Origin: Phoronis australis | Taxonomy: Eukaryota; Animalia; Phoronida | NCBI GenBank assembly: GCA_002633005.1 | Contig: NMRA01000322.1 | Span: 62,001-126,000, forward strand | Direction: 5' to 3' | DNA length: 64,000 nt | Shown here: positions 25,001 to 38,000 of the stretch, piece after piece | Layout: each line of letters starts with the position of its first letter | Numbering within the stretch: the first letter of the stretch is position 1 | The notes under the pieces: generated by a model | Databases searched by the model: none | What the model was told of the DNA's origin: nothing | The model's input: only the letters and a program-made list of their open reading frames with translations | Made by a program: the position numbers and the translations under genes

Positions 25001-28000
25001 AAAGTTATATTTGGTTCCTGAGAGTTCAGGTGTGCTCGTAACTTTCGATAAGATACGCGTATATTTATTAATGTAGCTCAGTTCGTGAATGTATGTATGT
25101 ATGTGCGCATGTCCTAGTATATATCATTACGAAATTGACCTACATGTATTATCATACACGATTGTGTTTTCCGACGCCGGCGACATAGCCTTATTTTTTC
25201 GTTCACTGAAAATCGGGATGCTTCATGGGTTTTTGCAGCTCTTTCAGTTTCTTATTCGATTAAACATAGCAAAAAAATGACATCAGGCATCATTAGGAGT
25301 TTATATTCCGGTCGACATAAACGCTGTCGGGACGTTTCTGTATGATGCGGCAAACAGTTCACCGTTTCGTCTTGGCAGATCTCCTGCTTTTTATTCGGAT
25401 GGCTCATTTTTCGCTAATGTAGACAATTATCCAACAGGTTCTCAAAATAACATTCACTTGTCAAATTCAATAACAGTCGTAAAATGCGTAGGTACCAATG
25501 GTTCTTGTCTACAGTTAGAAAATGTTTGGGACCATCAGACCTCAAAATATTTTTAAAATATATGAGAATCGTTCGGAAGAACTTTTCGGTAACACTAGTT
25601 CTATACTTCCTTCATTTGTACTCGATATGCCACCCTAAGCTCTATAATCCACAGCAAGAAACAGCGCAGGAACAAACGAATGCAAGCAAGTCTCACGCAT
25701 GCACATCGCTGCACGTGATCGAAGCTGGCATTCCAGTCTTAACTGTTTCTAATTTGCGTTCAAACCTGTTTGGCAAAATACCTGGATACCATACTAAAGT
25801 TGCATACAGTATGGTATTAAGCAATGGAAGCAAATAACACAAGACGAGAGTGGCTGGATGAACGTTTATTTAAGAAAGTGTATTGGTAGAGGTGGTGGTA
25901 CGCAACAAATGGGTAGAGGACACCACAAACCAGCAGTAACCAGGTACCACAAGGGCACGGCAGAACATATGCGTACTTTGCTAGTGAGTACCAGATAGGT
26001 TCTGGGCGATTGTCTTCCAGATGGGATCGACAAAAACATGTAACTTGAGGTACAAGATGGGTACATACACTGTAGTGACAAATGGACTAAACATACTGTA
26101 CAGTAATTGATGGGTACACGTAACCGCCAACTGGACGATAAAAACATTGAGGATTGAGAACGCAGGTTGTGGACAATGCACCGAATGTCGTAAGGTTAAT
26201 TTGCCCATGCCAGACAGTATGGTCGCTATGTAGGAATAAAATGCAGGTAAGTATCTAGAAGGTGATGTCGCCTATAGCTATGCGGACATCAGTAAATACG
26301 CATTATGTCTGTTGATGACCAGTATTTCTATCATGCCAAGAATTGCATGGTGACACTTGGCTTTCCCCAATTTCCAACAGCTGCCTGTTGTTTCATGAAA
26401 TTTGGTAAATGCCCATAAGTAGCACCACTGAAGCCCATTCATATGAACACGAATACATGTAACACGTAAATAACCGCGTAATTACTCGGAAACTCGCTCT
26501 TCTTACTTGCATGTGAATGCTAGAAATAACAATGCTCTCCTGTGCGGCTTATTAATGGGGATATTACCGCTAACGACTGCGTTATTTAATACGCCGCGGC
26601 GAACATTAAAAAAGCAATTATAAGATATCCTCATTATCCGCTATCATTATCCCCGACAATAAATCACTACGGCACAGGTCCGTCCCATGTGCGCAAGGTT
26701 CTGGTATATGATCGTGACTTAAAATGTAGCGATGTGTGTGAATGAACTTCTCGCTTTTCATCGCAAAAAACAAACGCAACGATGACAACCCTTGGTTATT
26801 ACTTCAAAGGACGTCATAACTTGTCTTGCAGCAGAGTAATCATAACTCGGCAAGAAATTCTCAAGCCCTCGTTTTTGGGACAGTGTTCGCTACATACGTA
26901 TAAGCAGGAAGAGTTCTCTTCCTCGTATAAGTCATCTGTCACTCACTACACATGTTGCTCGCTGGTTTCCTGCCGCGTGTCGCTTGGTGGTAGAACACAG
27001 GCAGGTATAATTTACTCGCTGGTTCCTTGCGTGTAAAAAAGCACGCAAGCCATGTATCATTCAGTAGCACACGCTTTATCACTGGTTGGTGTAACCTCGG
27101 CAGTCATTGATTAACTTTACAACAAAGAAAGAAAATGGCGGACTATGAACGATTTTTAGCCTTGTCATGCAAGTGACGTAATAGCATTTATTGTGTTTCT
27201 GCAGTAATGTTTAATATAAGCGTGCTTGAAGCACATACATGTACAAAAAATACACACCTGGACGATTTAAAATAACAAAAATGGCCACCACGTGGCGCAG
27301 AAACATCAAAATGTCCAAAAGGGAAAGGCGTTGTCGTCTTCTTATTGCAAAATTTCATGAAAGTACATTACTGAAATCCGAAGATACAGAGGCAAACGTA
27401 AAAAACACTTTTTTCCATTAGGGGGTACAGTGCTATTTGATTCAGGTCGACACTCGTTACCGTTTGTCGACCGCTGCATAGGAATACATCGTTCAAATTT
27501 CACAAAGCTCCTTCAATGGGTTAAGGGCATTTGGCCGCAGAAAAATATCGTCACTAGAGGTGCGACCTAAGAGTCGGACTCGTCCGAAAGTCAACGTCAA
27601 TCGTGGCCTTCTCATCAGCAAATCTAAAAGTTTATGATCCTTGGAGCGGTATGTTAGATAGAGAGGCGGACACCAAAAAACGGACGCATAAGTAACCAAC
27701 AAAATGTCCGCACGGTGGTGTAAAATTCGCCGAATCCGTGCGAAAATGGCCCGGAGTGGCGTCATCGCCTCCGTATTAAAAAGCTATTTGCTGAATTTCA
27801 TGAAAATCCACCAAAAACATCCGGAGATGAAGCGAGCAGACGTAGAAAAATTGTCACTAGGGGTCACGGCGGCATTCGGATCGGTCCGAAACTCGTCTTC
27901 ATCTGCCGTCAGCCACATGGATACACACCTGCTAAATTTGATTAAGATCTTCCAAGGAATTAGCAGACACAGCCAGGCAGAGATGACGGCAATATGCACC

Positions 28001-28202
28001 CACACGTGCGTAGAAATGGGACTGTCCACCAAGAGCGGAGCAAATACACTGTGCGCTGTCAACAAGACGAAGTATTTGATTGGCTTCTTTTACAAGGTAA
28101 ACCAGGTAAACCTTTCATTTTTAAATTTTATTTCTCGGGTATAGGTATACTAAAGATACAAAATGTACACTGTAACAGTGGGCCTACTTCGCAAAAAGCG
28201 AA

Positions 28203-28218
28203 TACACAAACAAACAAA

Positions 28219-28277
<59 letters not shown>

Positions 28278-28289
28278 AAACACACACAC
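28203..28289. repeat. (CAAA)n/(CA)n microsatellite
   Basis: Directly visible. Confidence 0.97.
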
Positions 28290-28539
28290 TTAGATAAGCA
28301 ATTACATGTATGAGTAATTTTTCGAAAATTACGTAAGCTCATCTCTTTTTAGGGACTAAAATTTTCATTTAAAGTGAACTTATTTTCGTAAAATACAGTT
28401 ACATGAATTTAACACCCAAAAATGTCTTGTTGAAAAACGCCCGTCATGTAGTAATACAGTTTGTCGAAAGTGGTTCTACGATTGGAGCTGAAAAGATATC
28501 AGAGGCCAAACTACTCCCGCCATCTACTCAGAGCCACAG

Positions 28540-29138
28540 CTCTCAGTCGCTGGTTCCCTGCGTGTTCGTAAGGGAGTAGAGAACGCGCAGGTATCATTCA
28601 GCTTTCCTCGGCATTTTTATTTATACCAGCGTTAGTGATTGGCTGGTCAAATTCTCAACAGGTGGCGCTTTACGTAAACAAAATTGCATGACTGATGGAA
28701 GAAGTGTAAATGTGACGATAATTTGTGTTCTGACGTAAAGACACATCGGTGCTTACTTCATGTTCAAGAAATGTGGATCCCAGAAAATTCTCGGTTGTTG
28801 CGCCTTTTCGGAGTGCATTTTTCTTCTTTTGTTTGCGTTGATGTCCCGTTGTATTCATACAGTATGAATAGCACACCCGTTAAAGCGGCCAGATCTTTGT
28901 GCATTGTATGTGCTTCAAGCACGCGGCTATTTAACTCATGCAGAGATATGAAACATTTACTGTCACGCCACATTCATGACAAGGCTAAATTTCGTTCTCA
29001 GTCCGCCATTTTCTTTCTTTGTTGTAAAGCTTGCCAATGACTGCCGAAGTTACATCAACAAGTGACAATTTTAATACGTGCTACTGAATGATACCTGCGT
29101 GTTCTCTACCCCTAGCGGACACGCAGGGAGCCAGCGAG
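28540..29138. mobile_element. ~600-bp MITE with ~60-bp TIRs and 8-bp TSD (agccacag/ggccacag)
   Basis: tcgctggttccctgcgtg..caggtatcattcag vs ctgaatgatacctg..cacgcagggagccagcga; related inverted copy at 26957-27400. Confidence 0.75.
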
Positions 29139-32100
29139 GGCCACAGTTCGGTGCTAACTAAGAGTGACCAGTGTAAGTTTCGGATTTATTCACTGATTTT
29201 GCCAAGGAAACGCTGATTGTATGGAACAGTACCTCAAGAGTCTCGTTTGATGAACAGTAATAACAAAATGGAAACGATGCAATGAAATTAGGCTTCATTT
29301 GGTAACTGGTAAAACTCTCGATCAAACTCAGTGCAGCAGGCAGCCAGAAATTCTCAGTGAAAACTATCACTATGCGTGAACCCAGGGGGGCTCGGGAGGC
29401 TCCTTCGCCATTTGGAGAAGTGGACAAAAAGGTCCGCCTCAGAGAAACACAAAATCCACTAAAAAGGCGCAAACGCCCAATTCACAGCCCTGGAAGTAGT
29501 GCCCCGGTTTTAGTCCTTCGGTTTTTTTGTCGGTAAAAGGTCCACATCGTCGGAAATTCGAGCCCGCCCCCCCNTGTCCTTTTTGTACATAGTGGAATCA
29601 CCAGGCGAGACTCTTGAGGTACGGTTTCAAACAACAAGCATGCGCAATTCAATCACCACTAGTACAGCAGCGACACCGCGAGGAGAATTCTCCGAATAGC
29701 CCCATTACACTGGTCATTCTTTATACGCATCGACTCGTGAGCCTCGTTGGATGCCGAGAATAGTCTCGTCTTCGATATCTTTTCAGCTGTACTCTTTTAA
29801 AGTCACTTTCGAAAACCAATTAAAGTACGTGTTCATTTTAAGACAAGACATCTTTGTTTGTTAAAATCGTTTTACCGTATTTTGTGAGAAAAGTTATTGT
29901 GGTTCCTGAGAGTTCAGGTGTGCTCGTAACTTTCGTTAAGATACGCGTATATTTATTAACATAGCTCATTTCGTGAATGTATGGATATATGTGCGCATGT
30001 CCTAGTATATATCATTACGAAATTGACCTACATGTATTATCATGCACGATTGTGTTTTCCGACGCCGGCGACATAGCCTTATTTTTTCGTTCCACTTAAA
30101 ATCGGGATGCTTCATGGGTTTTTGCAGCTCTTGCAGTTTCTTATTCGATTAAACATAACAAAAATGACATCGGGCATCATTAGGAGTTTATATTCCGCTC
30201 GACATAAATGCTGTCGGGACGTTTCTGTATGTTGCGGCAAACAGTTCACCGTTTCGTCTTGGCAGCCTCTCCTGCTTTTCATTCGGATGGCTCACTTTTC
30301 TTGTTTTTTCATTCGCTAATGTAGACAATTATCCAACAGGTTCTCAAAATAACATTCACTTGTCAAATTCAATAACAGTCGTAAAATGCGTAGGTACCAA
30401 TGGTTCTTGTCTACAGTTAGAAAATGTTTGGGACCATCAGACCTCAAAATATTTAAAAAATAGATAAAAATCGTTCGGAAGAACTTTTCGGTAACACCAG
30501 TTCTATACTTACTTCATTTGTACTCGATATGCCACCGTAAGCTCCATGTTCCACGGCAAGAAACAGCGCAGGAACAAACGAATGCTTGCAAGCAAGTCTC
30601 ACGCATGCACATCGCTGCTCGTGATCGAAGCTGGTATTCCAGTCTTAACTGTTTCTAATTTGCGCTCAAACCTGTTTGGCAAAATACCTGGTTACCATAC
30701 TAAAGTTGCATACACGTATGGTATTAAGCATTGGAAACAAATAACACAAGACGAGAGTGGCAGACTAACTTGAGGTACAAGTTGGGTACATACACTGTAG
30801 TGCCAAATGGACTAAAACATACTGTACAGTAATTGATGGGTACACGTAACCGCCAACTGGACGATAAAAATATTGAGGATTGAGAACGCAGGTTGTGGAC
30901 TGTGCACTGAATGTCGTAAGGTTAATTTGCCCATGCCAGACAGTGCGGTCGCTATGTTGGGAATAAACTGCAGGTGAGAATCTAGAAGGTGGTGTCGGCT
31001 ATAGCCATGCGGGCATCAGTAAATACGCAATATGTCTGTTGATGACCAGTATTTCTATCATGCCAAGAATTGAATGATGACACTTGGCTTTCCCCAATTT
31101 CCAACTGCTGCCTGTTGTTTCATGAAATTTGGTGAATGCCCATAAGTAGCACCACCTGTCGAGAATAAACTGAAGCCCATTCACATGAACACGAATACAT
31201 GTTCCACATAAATAACCGCGTAAATACTCGGAAAATCGCTATTCTTACTTGCAGGTGAATGCTAGAAATAACGCTGCTCTCCTGTGCGGCTAATTAATGG
31301 GGATATTACCGCTAACGACTGCGTTATTTAATACGCCGCGGCGAACATCAGAAAAGCAATTATAAGATATTATCCTGATTATGCACTATCAATATCCCCG
31401 ACAATGAATTAATTGCTGCACAGGTCCGTCCCATGTGCGCAAGGTTCTGGTATACATGTATGATCGTGACTTAAAAATGGAGCGGTGTATGTGAATGAAG
31501 TCCTCGCTTTTCATTGCAAAAAAACAAACACAACGATGACAACCTTTCTGGGACAGTGCGCTCGACATATGTATAAGCAGGAAGAGATCTCTTCCTGGTA
31601 TAAGTCATCTGTCACTCACTACACATGCTGCTCGCTGGTTTCCTGCCGCGTGGTGGTAGAACACAGGCAGGTATAATTTACTCGCTGGGTCCTTGCGTGT
31701 AAAAAAACACGCATTTATCATTCAGTAGCACGCACTTTATCAGTGGTTGATGTAACGTCGGCAGTCATTGATTAACTTTACAACAAAGAAAGAAAATGGC
31801 GGACTATGAACGGTTTTTAGCCTTGTCATGCAAGTGGCGTAACAGCATTTATTGTGTTTCTGCAGTAATGTTTAATATAAGCGTGCTTCATGCACATACA
31901 TGGACAAAAAACACACACCTGGACGATTTAAAATAACAAAAAAGGCCACTACGTGGCGCAGAAACATCAAAATGTCCAAAATCATGGCGTTGTCGTCTTC
32001 TTAGTGTAAAATTTCATGAAAGTACATAACCGAAATCCGAAGATACAGAGGCAAACGTAAAAACGCATTTTGCCACTAGGGGGCACAGAGGTATTTGGAT

Positions 32101-32288
32101 CAGGTTGACACTCGTTACCGTTTGTGATTGGCTGGTCAAATTCTCAACAGCTGGTAGTCTCGTTTGGTGAACAATAATAACAAAATGGAAACGATGCATT
32201 GAAATTAGGCTTAATTTGGTAACCAGTACAACTCTCGATCAAAACTCAGTCCAGCAGGCAGCCAGAAATTCTCAGTGAAAACTATCAC

Positions 32289-32546
32289 CATGCGTGCACC
32301 CAGGGGGACTCGGGGAGCTCAAACGAGCCCGCCATTTGGTGAAGTGGACAAAAAGATCGGCCTCACAGAAACACGAAGTCCGAGAAAACGAAACAAAAAA
32401 ACACTAAAAAGGCGCAAACGCCCAATTCGCAGCCCTGGACCTAGCACCCAGTTTTTTAGTCCTTCGGCTTTTTTGTCGGTAAAATGTCCACATTGTCGGA
32501 AATTCGAGCCCCCCCCCTCCCATATCAAAGGCTAGGTGCGCCCATG
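32289..32546 (+). mobile_element. Small MITE (catgcgtgcacc...ggtgcgcccatg); relatives at 29371-29573 and 61572-61805
   Basis: Three copies share ccatttgg.gaagtgg.caaaaag and ggtccacatt..gagccc; short TIRs. Confidence 0.7.
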
Positions 32547-34981
32547 ATCACGGCTAGTCTTGTGGTCGCACGCTCGAATAATAGAAGACATAGGTCACGC
32601 TTGGGAGTTGGCATTCTAAAGCTAGAGTCCTATAATTAAACTGAACAATTTTTGCGGAATTCCGTCACAGTACCAGCCACTGGCGTGGCCAGAAGTACTT
32701 AGCGGGGGAATTGTTGGTTGAAACAAGTGGCAACGTGGGGCACGGTCTTGCAATAAATAAAGTGAGCAAACGCAAATGTGAAATGACTTTCGATGGGGAT
32801 TTTTTGTAATGAAAAGGGGTCCGTGGCCCCGTTTGCTGTCCAGTGCCTACAAGGTGTTACGCGCCGTAGGGTTTACCCAGACAGAAATGAGAGTAATACG
32901 AAATTTAATTATGTGTTCATAAAAGTTGCCAAGTAGTGACTCCGGTGACTTTTCTGAACAGTTGGCTATCGTAAACGCCTGGTGGCACCGTGTAATTCCT
33001 CCACAGGCACGCTAAAGAAACACATTGTATTAGGATTTGTCATCATTTATTCACATTTCAAAATTATAACTCCTTTGACTTGTGGAACAAGTACAACGCA
33101 AATGCACCCGACAAGCATGTTCTCAAATCCAGTTCTACACCTTCTCAAACATCTGTAATATCTTACATTCATCAAAATCCTGTATTTTGTATTTTTTTAT
33201 GCGTTGTTCCTCGACATTTTACGTATTGCTGCACCCACGGTATCATCGGTTTGTCCGAATCATGAAAGGTGCAACAATACACAGAAACGGTTACTGTGAA
33301 TGACAGTGGTACCGGCACGACCAGACTTACAATTTGGTCATCGGCTGGCTAAAAAAGCACACTGTACCATAGGCGACTCACAGAGACATTGTCATTTACT
33401 TTTTTTCTTGTTTTTTTTTGTTTTTAACAGAAAATTTTAACACGTTTTCACAAAAACATTAGATCACTAAATAATGAAAAATATGGCCCATTTATATGCA
33501 ACGAGAGCTCGTATGATCATCCACTAGGGAGCGATGCAAATCGCCGCATCACCAGCGACCACCATGTGCCCTTCAAAGAAGCAGATATATTTGGCCTTTA
33601 TGTGTAGACGACAAAGACGCGTCCAAACAATGTTAACGCTGAGGCGTTACCGTTTCTGCACGCCAGAGGAATAAACATTTACTCGTTTCGCAATTGGTGG
33701 ATGTCCACCTCAAGCAAAATCTGTTTTAAACACAGCCTCTACTGGAAAACGGGAGCCACGATTCCATGTGATCTTGCACAACTTTTTAACTGTGACATTG
33801 TACCTGAAGGAAAGGTTTTCAGGCACACAATCGTGGAAAGCGAGATTTCCTAATCGTCCAGTTTTCATACATCGTCTGGTTTTCATAAAAAACATGAGTT
33901 ATCCCCGTCAAATTTTGGAAGAATTCCAAACAATTTCAAACTGGCATTAGGATTCCTCTCCGCATGGCTTTCATTCAGTCAGCTCCTACTATCACAAAGT
34001 GTTTACATCAACACTCATTGACACATGGAGATGACTATTTCTCCGGCCACTGTCTCGTTTACCCCCTCCTGAACATGTGTGCCTCGGCCCGAGTAAGAGT
34101 CCCGGCAACAATCTCGCCTGACAACGAATCACGTGGGTCCTCTACACCCAAGGAAATAGAAACTGCATAAATAGTGATTTGAGTTTAGATTCAGATTTGA
34201 TTGAAGAGGACTAAAAACCATAGTGATTGTCTGTCGCACAGTGGAGGTTACACCCAGACTCAGTTGCCGCAGACGGACGTGGGAACTTCCAGTGGGTTCA
34301 GCAACATTTATCCAAGAGGAGCTGTGGTCTACTTATTTTATTAAGTTATTGGGCCAGCCTGACTCATTCTGGGGATATTTGTATCGCATAATTCTATCCA
34401 AATTAGCTAAATTTGACAAACAATCAAACACGTAGTCGGCAATGAGTCAAACTGACCAAAACAACCTTAAGAGCACACGTATATGTCGTATTATTTTTGT
34501 GAAGATACTCTGATCAGATCAAATAACAGAAAAAGAAACCGGGGTATAGGACGGAAAGCTGTTCAGAGCACTCTTTTTCTACATTTTACAGTAAAAATAA
34601 ACGTCTAACCAATATCACACATATGAGAGAGCTTCCAATTCTAACCAAACATGGCATGTTCCACAGACTAACGCGATATTGTGGTCTTTAAACGGTCATC
34701 TTAACAAGATGGGGTCTGCAGCAATAACGGCAGCCGGCCCAATCTTGTCTTCGACTCATGCATAGTATTGGGGAGACGCGATTACATGGACGTGTATATT
34801 CAAAATATCTCTTCATCGATGACCTGTAAGATCACTCAGGAACATGTCGTGTCCAGTCAGAGGAAGCAGTCGACAAAATTTATCACAGTTGGATTTAAAA
34901 ACCTTGTATCTATAATTAAAGCATCAAAGCCAGTTTAGCTTTGACTGCGGTTAAACCCTGCTTAACCCAGACTGTCGTTGT

Positions 34982-35078
34982 CTAAGCCTGATCTGTACGA
35001 TGCTGCATCTCGTGATTGTCCTGCAGACGGCGCTCATCTTCATTTCTGCTCAAGTCAGCTGAACCAACCTTGGATGGC
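34982..35078 (-). CDS. Mucin-like gene probable last coding exon (cytoplasmic tail)
   Basis: atttcag|G phase-2 match; [32 protein letters not shown]. Confidence 0.7.
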
Positions 35079-38000
35079 CTGAAATTGTCGAACATTAGTT
35101 TTTAGTTTATCGCAAAACACGCAGATCGAAATATTCTTCACCGGTATGTTTCATAGACGCAAGAAATTCGCGAAAATGCAAGATCACGCAAGTTTTCACG
35201 AGAAGTCATCACGCATTAGAACCAAAACCAACCCTACGTAGTTGTTTTGTTGTCACTAGCCCTAACACAACATCACTCATCTCCGGTTTTTTTCTGGAAG
35301 TGCACATTGCATCGAATTACGTTGCTGTAGACAAACATGGTTACGTGCTGGCAAGGCCATTTTCGGGCACAAATCAATATATTTACACGTCCGTAGTCTA
35401 AGTTTCATTGATTTTTAGCAATACAGATTTTAGACATGCAATATTAGTCAGGAAACAGTCAGCGATCGTGAGCGGTATAACTCGAAGTAATTCTCAAGAA
35501 CATGTTGCCTACCTCTTGATGATCAAAATTACAATCACGATGATGATGACAAGACCAACAAGGCCTCCGACGACAGCTACAGCGATGACCCAGGCTTCAG
35601 GTCCGGTAGCCACTGGACTCTTGGCAGTAGTCACTGCAGAGGTAGAAGGTTCTGCCGTTGGAGCTGCAACAGTAGTAGTCGTAGGGGCAGCAGTTGTTGG
35701 CTGTTCTGCCTTGGAGACGCCGAGTACAGAAACAGTGATGTTTGTTCCTGGAGGCAAGTTGCTGTTTATGGCGGTGGCGACCGCAGTTTGCCTGCAATCA
35801 TGAAAGAAAAATTCCATAAGAACTTAGGCATTTTAGTTGGCAATCAATAATGTTAAATGTTTTTCTCGAAAGAGGAAATATTGTCATCACGCAGTATTCC
35901 GATAATAACCTGAAGTATTTATCTTGTTAATCAAAACTTTTTAAAAAATTTCAAAATTGGTTAAAAATGACTATGTTGTCTGTCTTCCAAAGGACATCAA
36001 TTCAGCATCAACACGTATACCGTGAGCGAATTAACAGGGTTATTTCTATAGCAATTTCGATTTAAAAGCAGAACTTTTTGTGATATCTTGGCAGAAGTAT
36101 ATATCAAGCTTGAAACGTACTGTATGTTACGCTCTGACTTTGTAAGTGCTGTGTAAATTTATTGCGAACAAAAAGATTACGTCATCCACCAAGCAAAATA
36201 AAGAAAAATAAATACAAGAACAATGGCAAAATCAATGTTACGCAATTTGTTCTACTCACGTGGCAACATCCTTTAGAATTTCAGTCAGTAAAGCCTGATC
36301 AATAGATATTTCTGTTCCACCGATGTTAACAGCGCGCTTGCGTCTCTTTGAGTTTCTTGCAGAGCACAAGGCATTGGTTTTCTCAGCCTTCAGAACGAAG
36401 ATAACCTGAACTTTACCAGACGAGATCTCTATCGGATAATTCTGAGCAATGTCAATCTTGGCAGTGGTCGTGTACTCCAGTGGATTACTCGCGTTTGGTC
36501 TAAGAGATCGAAAGAAATGGGATCTTACTGTTAACATTACATTCAAAGATCGAGAAACATTCAACCAGTTGGTGTGTGTTACAATAAGGCTTAACAGTAG
36601 TCGTATCAAACAAAGGGCCAAACTTGAACATGCACGTGATCAGAGATGGAATTGAGACGAGTGATAACCACCTGGGGAACTGCAGTAAACCTGGGGTTAT
36701 TTTGTGCCTCCCGTTGCCACGCCAATGATCTTAAAAGAACTTTAGTTGGCTCCATTACTAATACAGTTCTTTGTTGTTTTAAAAACAGAACTTCATCGAT
36801 GCTAACCATTCCATCCACGAGGGCCAGGCATAAGCAAACATCAATGCCTCCACATTGTGGCATTCAAATAGCCGTTTGAGTAATGCAACCTACCCAGGAG
36901 AGAGAGCAAATAAGTTCATGACGTGCTTATCGTACATAGCGATAGCTCGCGAAAAAATGTGATCTCGTTGAACTCGCAAAAATATCCTTAGGTAACGCAG
37001 TTTATATTTTGATATGAATTTATATCTTGATAGAAGAACTCACGTAAAGGTCTGATTGGACGAAACATTCGCTACAAGGGCTCCGCAACAACTTCCCCAC
37101 GTAGATGAGTTTGTATTGCAGTAACTGTTAGTTGCCGTGGCCACAGCCGACTTGAAGTTACTTTCGACAGCATTGAACTGAAACAATGAAGGATACATTT
37201 TACAAAAGACACATTTTAGACTAGAACAAGGATTATAAACAAATGCTTTCACATAGACTACAATTCGTTTCTCTGTTTCTGCTAAGTATAACAAATTGGA
37301 GAAAGTTTCCGTGTTTTATAGTTGACAATCTGAGCATAAGAGGTAAACAGACAACACCATCCGAGGCTTTACGTAACTTGAATATGAGTGTTCATAACAA
37401 GGATTAACATGTTTCAATAATTATCCAAAACAGATGGAATGGATTCAAATTGACTGAAATGCCTTTCTTTTCGAGGACTTCGAAACAGCATTACATACCC
37501 ATTGGCATTTTTTTAATTAAACCTCAACCACAGAAAGTTGATGTCACTTCAAAAGATGGATTGAATGCAAGAAGATTGGTACCGGTACTTACAATCGCCA
37601 CCGTCATGCCACCTCCCAACGTGACGGACACTCCGTTATCCTCAACAATCTTTGACACTACAAGAGGGAAATGCTTAGGGTAAGGTTGCGCGGGATCTTA
37701 GTCTGCGTTTTTTAGCCAAATATTTACGAAACAACAGATTTTAACCCAATAAAACTATGTTTTTTGAAACTGAAATGCTTGGAGATTTTGGTTTTTGTTA
37801 TTTTAGCAATCTATCAATAACTTGGTAACGTAACCGTGTCTGTAAAGTTAGCAAAACGAAAGGCATACTGATTGTACAACAACTGTATCAAGAACATGAT
37901 CAAACTTTATTTAATGTAAATATTCGAGATGAGATTTCAAAATGTTGTTCTTTTTTGCATTTTTCTAGAGTCCTACATAACATTGAACGTTAAGTGTGTT

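Larger units (their letters stand above)
24819..29173. mobile_element. 4.35-kb TIR DNA element (CACTGGTCA ends, TA target duplication); superfamily uncertain (CMC/EnSpm-like or Tc1/mariner-like)
   Basis: ta|cactggtca..tgaccagtg|ta. 24819-25080 aligns in reverse with 28290-28539 plus 29147-29173 once the nested MITE is removed. Confidence 0.7.
24686..32517 (+). repeat. Tandem duplication (24686-29573 vs 29575-32517) across a single N; probably allelic haplotypes
   Basis: Both copies start tgtcctttttgtacatagtgg and end gtcggaaattcgagccc; N at 29574. Confidence 0.9.

Noticed and set aside
25484-30773. Paralogous ORFs 25484..25837 and 30546..30773 as a gene family
   Set aside because: Same sequence in the two duplicated copies, with frames not conserved between them
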